Source: Patescibacteria group bacterium (GTDB lineage: Bacteria; Patescibacteriota; Patescibacteriia; XYB2-FULL-38-15). From it: a stretch of DNA of 64,000 nucleotides. The stretch is taken from assembly GCA_041650995.1 (NCBI GenBank), contig JBAZJZ010000001.1:71891-135890 (forward strand), written 5' to 3'. Each line of letters begins with the position of its first letter. Positions within the stretch are counted from its first letter, which is position 1. Made by a program: the position numbers and the translations under genes. Positions 46,730-55,316 of this stretch are shown here, piece after piece. Under the pieces are notes generated by a model that had not been told where the DNA came from, made no database searches, and saw only the letters and a list, made by a program, of their open reading frames with translations.

Positions 46730-48564
46730 GTAGATTCAGAAAGAGAAAAAAATTTCGCGAAAGGGCGAGCGAGGGAGATCGCCGTTTAAAAATTATCAAG
46801 ATAGTTATTTTTTTATTCGCGGGAGTGATTGCTCTTCGCCTTTTTAGTTTACAGGTTTTGAATAATGATTTTTATTCCGCTCTCGCCGCCGGACAGCACG
46901 ATATTTACAAAGCGATTTTTCCCGAGCGCGGAAGAATTTTGATGCAGGAAACCGGTGGCAGCAACACGTCGCAAGATGAAAAACTGTATCCCTTGGCCAC
47001 GAATCAATCATTATACCTTATCTATGTTGATCCTCGTAAAATAGAAAATGCCGAAGAATTATCAAAAAAATTAGTTGATATCTTGTACGTGAGAGAGAAA
47101 AAAGAAGGCGAAAGGTTGACGGCGGAAGAAATTGAAGCAGTGGAAAAATCGGAAAAAGAAAAGTTGGGAGAAGAATTTTTGGCAAAATTAAAAAAAGAAA
47201 ATGATCCATACGAACCCCTGCGCCATGGGGTGGCAGAGGTGACGCTTGAAAAAATCAAGGAACTTGGGGCAGGGGGAGTCGGCTATATTGAAGAGGAGGC
47301 GCGTTATTATCCGGAAAATAATTTGGGCAGTCATTTTTTGGGATTTGTTGGGACAAAAGATAATAAAAAAATTGGGCAATACGGACTTGAAGGTTATTTT
47401 GAAGAAGAGCTTGGCGGCGTTCAAGGTTTTCTTTCATCGGAAAAAGACGTGGGCGGCCGATGGATTCCGGTTTCCGGGCGGGAATGGCAAAAGGCCGAGG
47501 ACGGCGCGGATATTGTTATTACCATCGATAGAAATATTGAATATTTCGCCTGCGGAAAATTGAAAGAAGCTGTGGAGCGTCATGGCGCGGACGGCGGTTC
47601 GGTGATAATTATGGATCCGAAAACTGGGGCGATTCTCGCGATGTGTTCTTATCCGGATTTTAACCCAAATGAATATGCCAAAGTAGAAGACATTAATATT
47701 TATAACAATCCAACGATTTTTTCTCAGTACGAACCAGGATCAATTTTCAAAGCCATAACTATTGCCGCGGCGTTGGACGTGGGAAAAATTACGCCGACGA
47801 CCACTTATGTTGACGAGGGAGAAATAAAAGTTGATGATCGCACGATTAAAAATTCCGATTTGAAAGCGCATGGGGTGCAAACAATGACGCAGGTTTTAGA
47901 TGAATCATTAAATACCGGCGCGGTTTTTGCTGTTAATACAATTGGTCCAGAGGTTTTTAAAAAATACGTAGAAGATTTCGGATTTGGAACGCGGACAGGG
48001 ATTGAGTTGGATTTTGAAAATCCTGGTAGTATTAGTTCTTTGGGTAAAAAGGGAAAAATTTGGAGCGCCACAGGATCGTTTGGCCAAGGGATTTCCGTCA
48101 CGCCGATTCAGGTTGTAACCGCTTTTTCAGCGATCGCGAACGGCGGAAAATTGGTTAAGCCATACATTGTTGACCGAATTATAAAAAGTGATGGTGCAAT
48201 AATAAAAACCGAGCCGAAAATTATCCATCAGGCGATCTCTGGGAGAACATCAGCTCTTTTGGGAGGAATGCTTGTTTCCGTGGTGGAAAACGGCCATGGC
48301 AAGCGGGCTGGCGTTTCCGGATACTACGTGGCGGGAAAAACCGGTACGGCCCAAGTCGCGAAAAGAGATGGAAGCGGCTATGAAAAAGATGTCACCATCG
48401 GCTCATTTGTCGGCTTCGCGCCAGTGGAAGATCCGAAATTTGTTATGTTGACAAAGATAGATCATCCTCGCACCACTATCTGGGCCGAAGCTACGGCCGC
48501 GCCGCTATTTGGCGAAATTGCTAAATTTGTGCTAAACTATATGAAAGTACCTCCAAGCAGGTAA
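46726..48564 (+). CDS. penicillin-binding protein 2 / FtsI-type D,D-transpeptidase
   Basis: N-terminal TM, PBP dimerisation domain, transpeptidase motifs SIFK (SxxK), SLN (SxN), KTGT. Confidence 0.8.
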   Translation: MSRFRKRKKFRERASEGDRRLKIIKIVIFLFAGVIALRLFSLQVLNNDFYSALAAGQHDIYKAIFPERGRILMQETGGSNTSQDEKLYPLATNQSLYLIYVDPRKIENAEELSKKLVDILYVREKKEGERLTAEEIEAVEKSEKEKLGEEFLAKLKKENDPYEPLRHGVAEVTLEKIKELGAGGVGYIEEEARYYPENNLGSHFLGFVGTKDNKKIGQYGLEGYFEEELGGVQGFLSSEKDVGGRWIPVSGREWQKAEDGADIVITIDRNIEYFACGKLKEAVERHGADGGSVIIMDPKTGAILAMCSYPDFNPNEYAKVEDINIYNNPTIFSQYEPGSIFKAITIAAALDVGKITPTTTYVDEGEIKVDDRTIKNSDLKAHGVQTMTQVLDESLNTGAVFAVNTIGPEVFKKYVEDFGFGTRTGIELDFENPGSISSLGKKGKIWSATGSFGQGISVTPIQVVTAFSAIANGGKLVKPYIVDRIIKSDGAIIKTEPKIIHQAISGRTSALLGGMLVSVVENGHGKRAGVSGYYVAGKTGTAQVAKRDGSGYEKDVTIGSFVGFAPVEDPKFVMLTKIDHPRTTIWAEATAAPLFGEIAKFVLNYMKVPPSR

Positions 48565-48656
48565 TTTTGAATTATTAGCGATGTAAGGTGAGAGAAAAAA
48601 TGTTTACATTTTTTCCGAGCCGAGGAGCTAATCTGTGTTTACATATAAATTCATTT

Positions 48657-49949
48657 ATGAAAAAAATAGTTCAGAAGATTTTATACTTTTTGGCTAAAAG
48701 AGTTTTGAAAAAATACGAGCCAGAAGTGATAGGGATCACGGGAAGCATGGGTAAAACTTCAACTAAAGAGGCTATTTTTGCCGTATTATCTTCTAAATTC
48801 CGCGCGCGCCAGAATTTAAAAAATTATAATAATGAACTTGGCGTGCCGCTTTCCATTTTAGGATCTGAATCAGGCAGTAAATCTGTTCTAAAGTGGCTCG
48901 GCATATTCTTCCACGGCATAAAATTAATTTTGGTTCGTGATGCCGACTATCCGCAAATTTTAGTTTTGGAAATGGGAGCCGACCATCCGGGCGATATAAA
49001 ATATCTGACAGAGCTCGCGCCATGCAAGGTGGGCGTTGTGACAGGTATCGGGCCAGCTCATTTGGAATTTTTTGAAAGTATTGAAAAAATAATTAAAGAA
49101 AAAAGAATAGTGGTAAGCAATCTCAAGCCCGAAGGTTTCGCGGTCCTAAATCGTGATGACGAAAAAGTTTATGAGATCCGGGAAAAAACACGAGGCAAAA
49201 TTTTAACTTACGGTTTTAGTTCTGACGCCGAGGTTCGCGCGCAAGAAGAGGGGATGATTGGAGAAGGAGTGGAAATTTCCGGAATGAATTTTAAATTGAG
49301 TTATGCCGGCGCAATGGTGCCGATTTTTCTGCCGGGCGTTTTGGGCCGTCAGCATATTTACGCGGCGCTTGCCGGAGCGGCCGTCGGGATTACTTATGGG
49401 ATGAATCTTGTGGAAGTCGCCGAGAGTTTAAAAAGATACCAGGCGCCAAAAGGCCGGATGAATTTGATTCTAGGAATTAAGAGAACTTTAATTATTGATG
49501 ATACCTATAACGCTTCGCCAATCCCAACAGAAGTAGCGCTTGAAGTGATGAAATCAATAAAATTACCGGCGGAAGATGATAAAAAATTCGCGGTGCTAGG
49601 AGATATGTTGGAACTTGGAAGTTTTAGCGAGGAAGGACATAAACAAGTTGGCCGGGCCGTGGCAGCGAGCGGCGTTGATTATTTGGTGACAGTCGGCGAG
49701 CGTTCGCGCGATATTGCGAGGGCGGCGAAAGAAGCTGGGATGAGCGAAGATAAAATTTCAAATTTTCCGACGCCGGAAGAAGCAGGGCTTTTTGTTCAAG
49801 GAAAAATGAAACAAGGCGATGTGGTACTCGTCAAAGGTTCGCAGGGAATGAGAATGGAAAAAGTTGTTAAAGAACTTATGGCTGAACCACTGCGGGCGTA
49901 TGAACTCTTAGTAAGACAAGATTTGTCCTGGGCGCGCAAAAGAGAATAA
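48657..49949 (+). CDS. murF: UDP-N-acetylmuramoyl-tripeptide--D-alanyl-D-alanine ligase
   Basis: Mur ligase P-loop GITGSMGKTSTKE, central and C-terminal Mur ligase domains; follows the PBP gene. Confidence 0.8.
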   Translation: MKKIVQKILYFLAKRVLKKYEPEVIGITGSMGKTSTKEAIFAVLSSKFRARQNLKNYNNELGVPLSILGSESGSKSVLKWLGIFFHGIKLILVRDADYPQILVLEMGADHPGDIKYLTELAPCKVGVVTGIGPAHLEFFESIEKIIKEKRIVVSNLKPEGFAVLNRDDEKVYEIREKTRGKILTYGFSSDAEVRAQEEGMIGEGVEISGMNFKLSYAGAMVPIFLPGVLGRQHIYAALAGAAVGITYGMNLVEVAESLKRYQAPKGRMNLILGIKRTLIIDDTYNASPIPTEVALEVMKSIKLPAEDDKKFAVLGDMLELGSFSEEGHKQVGRAVAASGVDYLVTVGERSRDIARAAKEAGMSEDKISNFPTPEEAGLFVQGKMKQGDVVLVKGSQGMRMEKVVKELMAEPLRAYELLVRQDLSWARKRE

Positions 49950-50054
49950 ATCTATAATTCAAGAAGGCGAGTCAAAAGGCTCGCTTTTCTCTTAGTTTTA
50001 GTTAGTGACAAATTTTTATAATTCTGATATACTGGAAATCAGTTAAAAATTTAC

Positions 50055-50132
50055 GGCCTCATCGTCTAGCCTGATCTAGGACGCCTCCCTCTCACGGAGG
50101 AAACTCGGGTTTAAATCCCGATGGGGCTACCA
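50055..50132 (+). tRNA. tRNA-Glu (anticodon CTC)
   Basis: ...CGCCTCCCTCTCACGGAGG... anticodon arm CCTCC/GGAGG with loop CTCTCAC, T-arm TCGGGTTTAAATCCCGA, encoded CCA; the exact 5' end of the acceptor stem is ambiguous (wobble pairs). Confidence 0.6.
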
Positions 50133-50283
50133 AAAATAAATTGGGAATTAAATATAAACTAGCAAAAAGAAATTACTGCGAATTTGTCTCGAGGGATTTA
50201 AACCAGGGAAGGGTCGGAAACCGTCAGGTTTCCGTTCGCGGAAATATTAAAACCGCAGGGTTTTAAAGAGCGAAGCGACGTTT

Positions 50284-50330
50284 AATTTCCCGATGGGGCT
50301 ACCAAAAATAAATTAGGAATTAAATATAAA
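50284..50330 (+). repeat. 44-bp direct repeat of the tRNA-Glu 3' end plus 30 nt of downstream sequence (compare 50114-50158), bracketing a 128-bp hairpin-rich insert
   Basis: tcccgatggggctaccaaaaataaattaggaattaaatataaa versus tcccgatggggctaccaaaaataaattgggaattaaatataaa (1 mismatch). Confidence 0.8.
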
Positions 50331-50334
50331 ATGT

Positions 50335-51021
50335 ATGATTACAAAAATTTCCGAAATTATTTTTTTGGTGGGTGTTTTGGCACTCGTGGGTGCTGGCTGT
50401 GGCAATAAAAATTCTGCTGATAACAGAGAACCAGCTGAAAGCGGTTTAACTAGTCTTTGCGACTCGGCCAAAGAAATGGAGGCACCCAGTGATTTAGCAA
50501 AAGAATTAAAAAAAATTTTTGAAGAAGCCGGCGGCAAGGTAAAAATAACCGATAGTGTTGAGCAAGATTTGGCAAATGGAGAAACCTTTACTTTTGTTTG
50601 GGAAAACACTCCTACAGCCAAGGATTTAGAAGATGCTTTTAAAAAGCACGGTTACAAAATAGAAGTGCCGGGTACAGCCATGGTGGTTTCAAAAAATGAT
50701 ATTGTTCTTGAAATTAATTTAACGGAAGAAGTTGAATGTTCGCAAATTATTGTTAAAAAAACAGAGGGGCCGTTTGATCGAGCCAGCAGAGTGACAATTA
50801 ATGAATGCGCGGAAATGAAGGCGCTAGCTCTCCATGCTGATATAAGAAATCATGATTTTGCTACCGCTATGATTTGGGGCAAAAAATTGTACGATAGAAT
50901 GATTGTGCTTGCGGCAAAATATGGTATCTCGGTGGAAAAACTCGAGACGACTTGCGAGGCGAAAGTTAATGAACCAGGGTTTGACAACGCGGTGGATGAA
51001 TGGGTGCGGTTATTAAAATAA
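50335..51021 (+). CDS. hypothetical lipoprotein
   Basis: Lipobox LALVGAGCG; 228 aa, no recognised domain. Confidence 0.4.
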   Translation: MITKISEIIFLVGVLALVGAGCGNKNSADNREPAESGLTSLCDSAKEMEAPSDLAKELKKIFEEAGGKVKITDSVEQDLANGETFTFVWENTPTAKDLEDAFKKHGYKIEVPGTAMVVSKNDIVLEINLTEEVECSQIIVKKTEGPFDRASRVTINECAEMKALALHADIRNHDFATAMIWGKKLYDRMIVLAAKYGISVEKLETTCEAKVNEPGFDNAVDEWVRLLK

Positions 51022-51048
51022 GTAAGCAGGGTTTATAAATTTTTATTT

Positions 51049-51768
51049 ATGCTTCACGTTTTTTGGCACGATTTTCTCTACACCCCACTTCTGAATTTTT
51101 TGATTTGGCTTTACAATGGCCCGGCTTTTGGAAATTTAGGCGTGGCGATTATTTATTTAACAATCATTATTCGTATTGTTCTTTTGCCTTTCACCGTTGT
51201 TTCGGAACGCAGTAAAATTTTGTATGGAAAACTCAGCCAAAAAATAGATAAGATTGGCCAGGATTTTAAAAACGATCCGATTCAAAAAAAGGAGATGATC
51301 CGCAAAGTGATGAGAGAACACAGAGTCAGTCCCTGGGCAAAAGTTATGGTGCTCGGCGTGCAGGCTTTGATCTTGGTTCTCTTGTATCAAGTTTTTATCG
51401 GAGGAATTAATGGAAAACTTGGTGATCTTTATTTTTGGGTGACGCGCCCTGATTTTATTAATACTGATTTTTTTGGTTTTGATTTGGGTGAAACAAAAAA
51501 TTTATTCTGGAGCGGCCTTGTTGGAGCGATTCTTTTTTTAGAAATTTTTATTGACTATCGCAGCAAGTCAACCGGCCTGACTAAATCAGAAGTAGCCTAT
51601 ATGATATTTTTTCCAGCGGCTTGTTTTTTTATCCTTTGGGTTTTGCCAATAGCCAAATCAATTTTTATTTTAACATCGTTGTGTTTTTCTTTTCTCGTGA
51701 TATTTTTCAGACAGATATTTAAAAATAAATTTAAAATTGGAGAAGCGGTGGACGTTAAGGCAAAATAA
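51049..51768 (+). CDS. yidC: YidC/Oxa1-family membrane protein insertase (short form)
   Basis: FGNLGVAIIYLTIIIRIVLLPFT...KKEMIRKVMREHRVSP matches the conserved TM2/cytoplasmic loop of Gram-positive-type YidC. Confidence 0.6.
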   Translation: MLHVFWHDFLYTPLLNFLIWLYNGPAFGNLGVAIIYLTIIIRIVLLPFTVVSERSKILYGKLSQKIDKIGQDFKNDPIQKKEMIRKVMREHRVSPWAKVMVLGVQALILVLLYQVFIGGINGKLGDLYFWVTRPDFINTDFFGFDLGETKNLFWSGLVGAILFLEIFIDYRSKSTGLTKSEVAYMIFFPAACFFILWVLPIAKSIFILTSLCFSFLVIFFRQIFKNKFKIGEAVDVKAK

Positions 51769-51771
51769 AAA

Positions 51772-51806
51772 GTAATTAGTAAATAGTAATTGATAATTGA
51801 TAATTG
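51772..51806 (+). repeat. tandem heptamers GTAATTA/GTAAATA/GTAATTG/ATAATTG x5 after the yidC stop
   Basis: gtaattagtaaatagtaattgataattgataattg. Confidence 0.6.
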
Positions 51807-51881
51807 AGTTTTGGAGCCAACTGAAAAGTTGGTTTTTGTATTTTCCCCTCTTAAGATAAGAGGGGATTAAGAGGAGGGAAC

Positions 51882-51910
51882 TTGACAAAATTTTATAGTT
51901 ATGTTATAAA
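51882..51910 (+). promoter_or_regulatory. consensus sigma70 promoter (TTGACA-17-TATAAA) driving the GC-rich ncRNA C; paralogous over about 30 nt to the minus-strand promoter at 18505-18536
   Basis: cTTGACAAAATTTTATAGTTATGTTATAAAAG versus (minus strand) cTTGACAAAATTATTAAAATATGTTAAAGTAAAG. Confidence 0.6.
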
Positions 51911-51916
51911 AGATAC

Positions 51917-52727
51917 GATACGGTGAAATGCCGTAAGCGGCTGGGTCCAAGAGGACGCCTTGGCTCTATCTGGCTCTTCATGCCACTGCGCAATGGATTG
52001 CGTGGTGGAATAATCTCCGCCCGTAAGGGAAAAATTAAAAAGCGAAGAAAGGGAGAAAAAGCGTCAATACCGGGCGCAAACAATCCGGTCTTGGCGCCAT
52101 GAAGATTCAGGAGATCTAAGGAGAGAGGGTTTGATTCCCTCCAGCCGCACTGGGTCTTGGTGGTAGCCGAGCAGCGGATTTCTGCATTGCTCACTGCGAT
52201 GTGGAAGGCCGACGGCAGCCATTGTGGGGTACGCGCTGCGAACCCCGCCATCAAGGCCAAAGATGGCGACTGACCTTGAATGGCAGTCGTCGATTCCTCG
52301 CTGACCTTCAAGAGTTGGCGAGCAGGGACTCTCTCTGCCAAGGGAGGGTCCGCCTGAAGCTTCCGCGAGCCTCGGCTCGCGTTGGCACAAAGTTGCGATC
52401 GCACAGCTCTGGTCATGGCTACCATGGGGATTTCCCCGAAAGCCTAAGTGCGATCGCGGCTCGCGACGTTCCATAGGGAGACGCTCGCGTTTCCTGAAGT
52501 TTCCCAGTCTCGTGCTGGGCGGAACGGCGCGGAATTTCAGCCCCCGGCGGACTTGCCCGCGCGATGGCGCTCGCATGCGTGAGCACGCGAAAAAGGCAAG
52601 TGTGGGTACCCCGGCTCTTCTGCGCCGCCCAGAAGAGCCACTTCAAAAGATCCTCTAAGCGCAGTTCGCTGCGCGGAGAGGTCTGCGATACGCGCCGTGA
52701 TGATTCATTCGTCACGGCGTTCTTTTT
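51917..52727 (+). ncRNA. candidate large structured ncRNA C (about 810 nt), GC-rich, with an embedded tRNA-like acceptor/T-arm domain; identity unknown
   Basis: GC much higher than the genome; only short overlapping ORFs in all frames with junk-like translations; 5' GCGGCTG (51937-51943) pairs perfectly with CAGCCGC (52142-52148) next to a T-arm GAGGG-TTTGATT-CCCTC; bounded by a promoter and a strong terminator. Confidence 0.5.
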
Positions 52728-52728
52728 T
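52693..52728 (+). terminator. intrinsic terminator of ncRNA C
   Basis: cgccgtgatgattcattcgtcacggcg followed by ttctttttt. Confidence 0.7.
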
Positions 52729-52738
52729 ATCTCTAATC

Positions 52739-52766
52739 TTGACAAAAAATAGAAAAGGACTATGAT
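52739..52766 (+). promoter_or_regulatory. sigma70 promoter (TTGACA-16-TATGAT) upstream of the SPFH gene
   Basis: TTGACA at 52739-52744, TATGAT at 52761-52766. Confidence 0.5.
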
Positions 52767-52811
52767 TAACCATAGAAACTTAAATATTAAATTTAAGATA
52801 CAAAATCAAAT

Positions 52812-53393
52812 ATGGCTGATTCCTTAGACAAAATAATGTATTCGTTTGTCGTGGAGGACGTCTTAAAGGGTTTTTTCATCACTGTCCCGCCGGGTTATGT
52901 TGCCTGCGTTTACGATTTGGGCAGGGGAGTCCTGAAAAAAGTTTTGCATCCGGGTTTGCATCTCAAAATCCCATTTTGGCAGAGAGCCAAACTATTTAAT
53001 ACTCAAACCCTGGAATATAATATCAGCAAGGATTTTAATATTGATAATATCCGAGCTTTGGGCGACACGCCGATCGGTTCGGTAACTTTGGATAGTAAAA
53101 GTATAGCGATTGAAGGAACAATTCTTTTGCGGCTGGATATGGAACAGATTCCATATATTTGGCAAAATATTGGCGAAGATTTTGTGGAAAAAATTATTCG
53201 GCCGACAATTAGAAGTCGGCTCCGCATGATCGCTTCGCTTTATTCCGCCCAGGATATTGTTTCGCTTCAGAGAAATCAAATCGAAATGGCGATTACCAAT
53301 GAACTGGACAGAATTTTCCATCCGCGGGGAATTCACGTTGAAAACGTTCTTCTCTCGGAAATTGGACACCAGTTTGGTAAAAGTAACGGGTAA
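52812..53393 (+). CDS. SPFH/band-7 domain protein (stomatin/prohibitin-like)
   Basis: 193 aa; N-terminal hydrophobic region then SPFH core (VPPGYVACVYDLGRGVLKKVLHPGLHLKIPFWQRAKLFNTQTL). Confidence 0.65.
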   Translation: MADSLDKIMYSFVVEDVLKGFFITVPPGYVACVYDLGRGVLKKVLHPGLHLKIPFWQRAKLFNTQTLEYNISKDFNIDNIRALGDTPIGSVTLDSKSIAIEGTILLRLDMEQIPYIWQNIGEDFVEKIIRPTIRSRLRMIASLYSAQDIVSLQRNQIEMAITNELDRIFHPRGIHVENVLLSEIGHQFGKSNG

Positions 53394-53417
53394 CGAGTAA
53401 CGGGTAATGAGTAATTA
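53383..53417 (+). repeat. tandem heptamers GTAACGG/GTAACGA/GTAATGA/GTAATTA x5 overlapping the SPFH stop codon
   Basis: gtaacgggtaacgagtaacgggtaatgagtaatta. Confidence 0.6.
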
Positions 53418-53428
53418 ATATAAAAAAT

Positions 53429-53965
53429 ATGCAATCAAAACAGTGGACAGCAATTCTTATCGTGGTAATTGTTACGGCGATTGTGGTTGGCGGCGGAGTT
53501 TATCTTTGGCAAAGACAGCAAACGCCCACCCAGGAATCCATTGAATTGAGTAATTTGGAAAACACGCCGCCTGTTTCCGGGGAAAATCAAGTGGGCCCGG
53601 AGTATGTTAATCAGAATTTAAAATTTTCTCTTCAAATTCCAGACGGCTACATTGTCGATAAAACAAGTGAAAACACATTTCAGATTGTAAGTAAGCCGAC
53701 ACCGCAAAATGAAACACCCTTACCGGAAGTTAATATCAAGGTAGGGAATTTGGATGATATAAAATCAGATATAATTATTAAAGAAGAAAATGTTCTAGTC
53801 GGCGGCATTGCCGGGAAAAAATTTACTGTCTCTTTTGGAGAAGGGCAATGTCCGATTTACAGATTTGATTCGCAAGGTAAGATTTACGAATTTAGTTTAT
53901 ATGAATGTTTAGAGTCAAATATTTTTGAAGACGTGGTAAAAAGCTTCAAGATCATTTCAGAATAA
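53429..53965 (+). CDS. hypothetical membrane-anchored/secreted protein
   Basis: N-terminal TM AILIVVIVTAIVVGGGVYLW; no recognised domain. Confidence 0.4.
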   Translation: MQSKQWTAILIVVIVTAIVVGGGVYLWQRQQTPTQESIELSNLENTPPVSGENQVGPEYVNQNLKFSLQIPDGYIVDKTSENTFQIVSKPTPQNETPLPEVNIKVGNLDDIKSDIIIKEENVLVGGIAGKKFTVSFGEGQCPIYRFDSQGKIYEFSLYECLESNIFEDVVKSFKIISE

Positions 53966-53989
53966 ATATAAAATAAAAACACGAATCTC

Positions 53990-54017
53990 TTGACCGGGGT
54001 TCGTGTTTTGTTATAAT
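53990..54017 (+). promoter_or_regulatory. sigma70 promoter of the hrcA heat-shock operon (TTGACC-16-TATAAT)
   Basis: TTGACC at 53990-53995, TATAAT at 54012-54017, immediately followed by CIRCE. Confidence 0.65.
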
Positions 54018-54021
54018 GAAA

Positions 54022-54048
54022 CTAGCAGTCCTTGACGTCGATTGCTAA
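54022..54048 (+). promoter_or_regulatory. CIRCE operator (HrcA binding site)
   Basis: CTAGCAGTC-cttgacgtc-GATTGCTAA matches the consensus TTAGCACTC-N9-GAGTGCTAA at 15/18 positions, inverted-repeat arms CTAGCAgTC/GAtTGCTAA; sits between the -10 box and hrcA. Confidence 0.8.
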
Positions 54049-54068
54049 TCGTTGTAAAATAGTTTAAT

Positions 54069-54761
54069 ATGGAAAAACGAAAGGAAAAATTGCTCTTGTC
54101 AGTCATTCACGAATATATAAAAAAAGCCACGCCGGTCGCTTCAAAAATGTTGGCCGGGCGGGGCGGTTTTAAAATAAGTTCGGCAACATTACGAAATGAA
54201 ATGGCAGATTTGGAAGAAGAAGGATATTTGGTCCAGCCGCATACTTCAGCCGGCCGGATTCCAACCGAAGCAGGTTTCAATTTTTATCTCGCCAATCTGC
54301 CGGAAGGAAAACTGGAAGCCGCGGGAAAAGAAAAAAAAGAACTGGAACGGGCGGCGCGGGCAACAGAATTCCCGGAAAAAAATCTGGCTAAAGTTTTGGC
54401 CGAACTTTCCAAAGAGGCCGTGATCCTCGCTTTCGGGAAAAATGATGTTTATTACACCGGGCTTTCCAATCTTTTCGCCAAACCGGAATTCCACGACCAG
54501 GATTTGGTTTACCGGATCGGCGAAGTGGTTGATCATCTGGACGAAATTATCAGTGAAATTTTTGAAGAGACAAAAGAGGAAATAAAAGTTTTAATCGGAA
54601 AGAAAAATCCTTTCAGCGCGGATTGCGGCGCCGTGGTTTCAAGATATTGCGGAAAAAATAAGAAAGTTGGACTTGTCGCCGTCTTGGGACCGATCAGAAT
54701 GGATTATGGAAAAAATATCGCGCTTGTCCGCGAAGTCAAAGATTTGTTAAATAAAATATAA
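54069..54761 (+). CDS. hrcA: heat-inducible transcription repressor HrcA (short form)
   Basis: N-terminal winged helix LLLSVIHEYIKKATPVASKML...SSATLRNEMADLEEEGYL; followed by grpE-dnaK-dnaJ. Confidence 0.8.
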   Translation: MEKRKEKLLLSVIHEYIKKATPVASKMLAGRGGFKISSATLRNEMADLEEEGYLVQPHTSAGRIPTEAGFNFYLANLPEGKLEAAGKEKKELERAARATEFPEKNLAKVLAELSKEAVILAFGKNDVYYTGLSNLFAKPEFHDQDLVYRIGEVVDHLDEIISEIFEETKEEIKVLIGKKNPFSADCGAVVSRYCGKNKKVGLVAVLGPIRMDYGKNIALVREVKDLLNKI

Positions 54762-54763
54762 TT

Positions 54764-55294
54764 ATGGCAGACGATAAACAAAAACCAGAAGAAAAAAAAG
54801 ACGCGGCGCTCTCGGAATTGGAAGCGTGTAAAAAACAAGCTGAAGAATATTTAAATGGTTGGAAGCGGGCCAAGGCGGATTATTTGAATTTGAAAAAAGA
54901 AAATGAAACAGCCAGCGCGGAATTGGCGCAATTTATCGCGGGCGGAATGTTAATGAAATTTTTGCCGGTTTATGATGGTTTGAAGCGCGCATGTCAGATT
55001 ATGCCTTCGACAAGCTCAGGCAATAACTCTTTATCCCCTGAGCGAGCGGAGCGAGTCGAAGGGTGGGCCGAGGGAATTTTAAACATTAAAAAACAATTTG
55101 AAGAAGTTTTTAAAAGTTTTGGCGTGGAAGAAATAAAAACCATCGGAGAAAAATTCAATCCGGAATTTCACGAAGCGATCAGCCGGCAGAAAAAAGATGG
55201 GGTTGAATCCGATATAATTATTGAAGAAGTCGGCGGCGGGTATATGATGAACGGAAAAACGATTATTCCGGCGAAAGTAATTGTCAGCGAATAA
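54764..55294 (+). CDS. grpE: nucleotide exchange factor GrpE
   Basis: Coiled-coil N-terminus, YLNGWKRAKADYLNLKKE, C-terminal beta-domain; synteny with dnaK. Confidence 0.85.
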   Translation: MADDKQKPEEKKDAALSELEACKKQAEEYLNGWKRAKADYLNLKKENETASAELAQFIAGGMLMKFLPVYDGLKRACQIMPSTSSGNNSLSPERAERVEGWAEGILNIKKQFEEVFKSFGVEEIKTIGEKFNPEFHEAISRQKKDGVESDIIIEEVGGGYMMNGKTIIPAKVIVSE

Positions 55295-55316
55295 AAAATT
55301 ATTAATTTATAAAATT

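Noticed and set aside
51937-52149. tmRNA call for the tRNA-like domain plus A-rich/GCAAAC tag-like region
   Set aside because: The acceptor pairing gives G3-C70 instead of the G3-U70 needed for alanylation. There is room for at most one pseudoknot after the tag-like frame, and the frame ends in LAP rather than AA. I keep it as tmRNA-like only.
51904-52745. Four overlapping ORFs (62-173 aa, both strands) in the 810-nt GC-rich region
   Set aside because: They overlap each other in different frames and their translations are arginine/proline-rich junk. The region has a promoter, a terminator and RNA-like pairing, so I treat it as non-coding.
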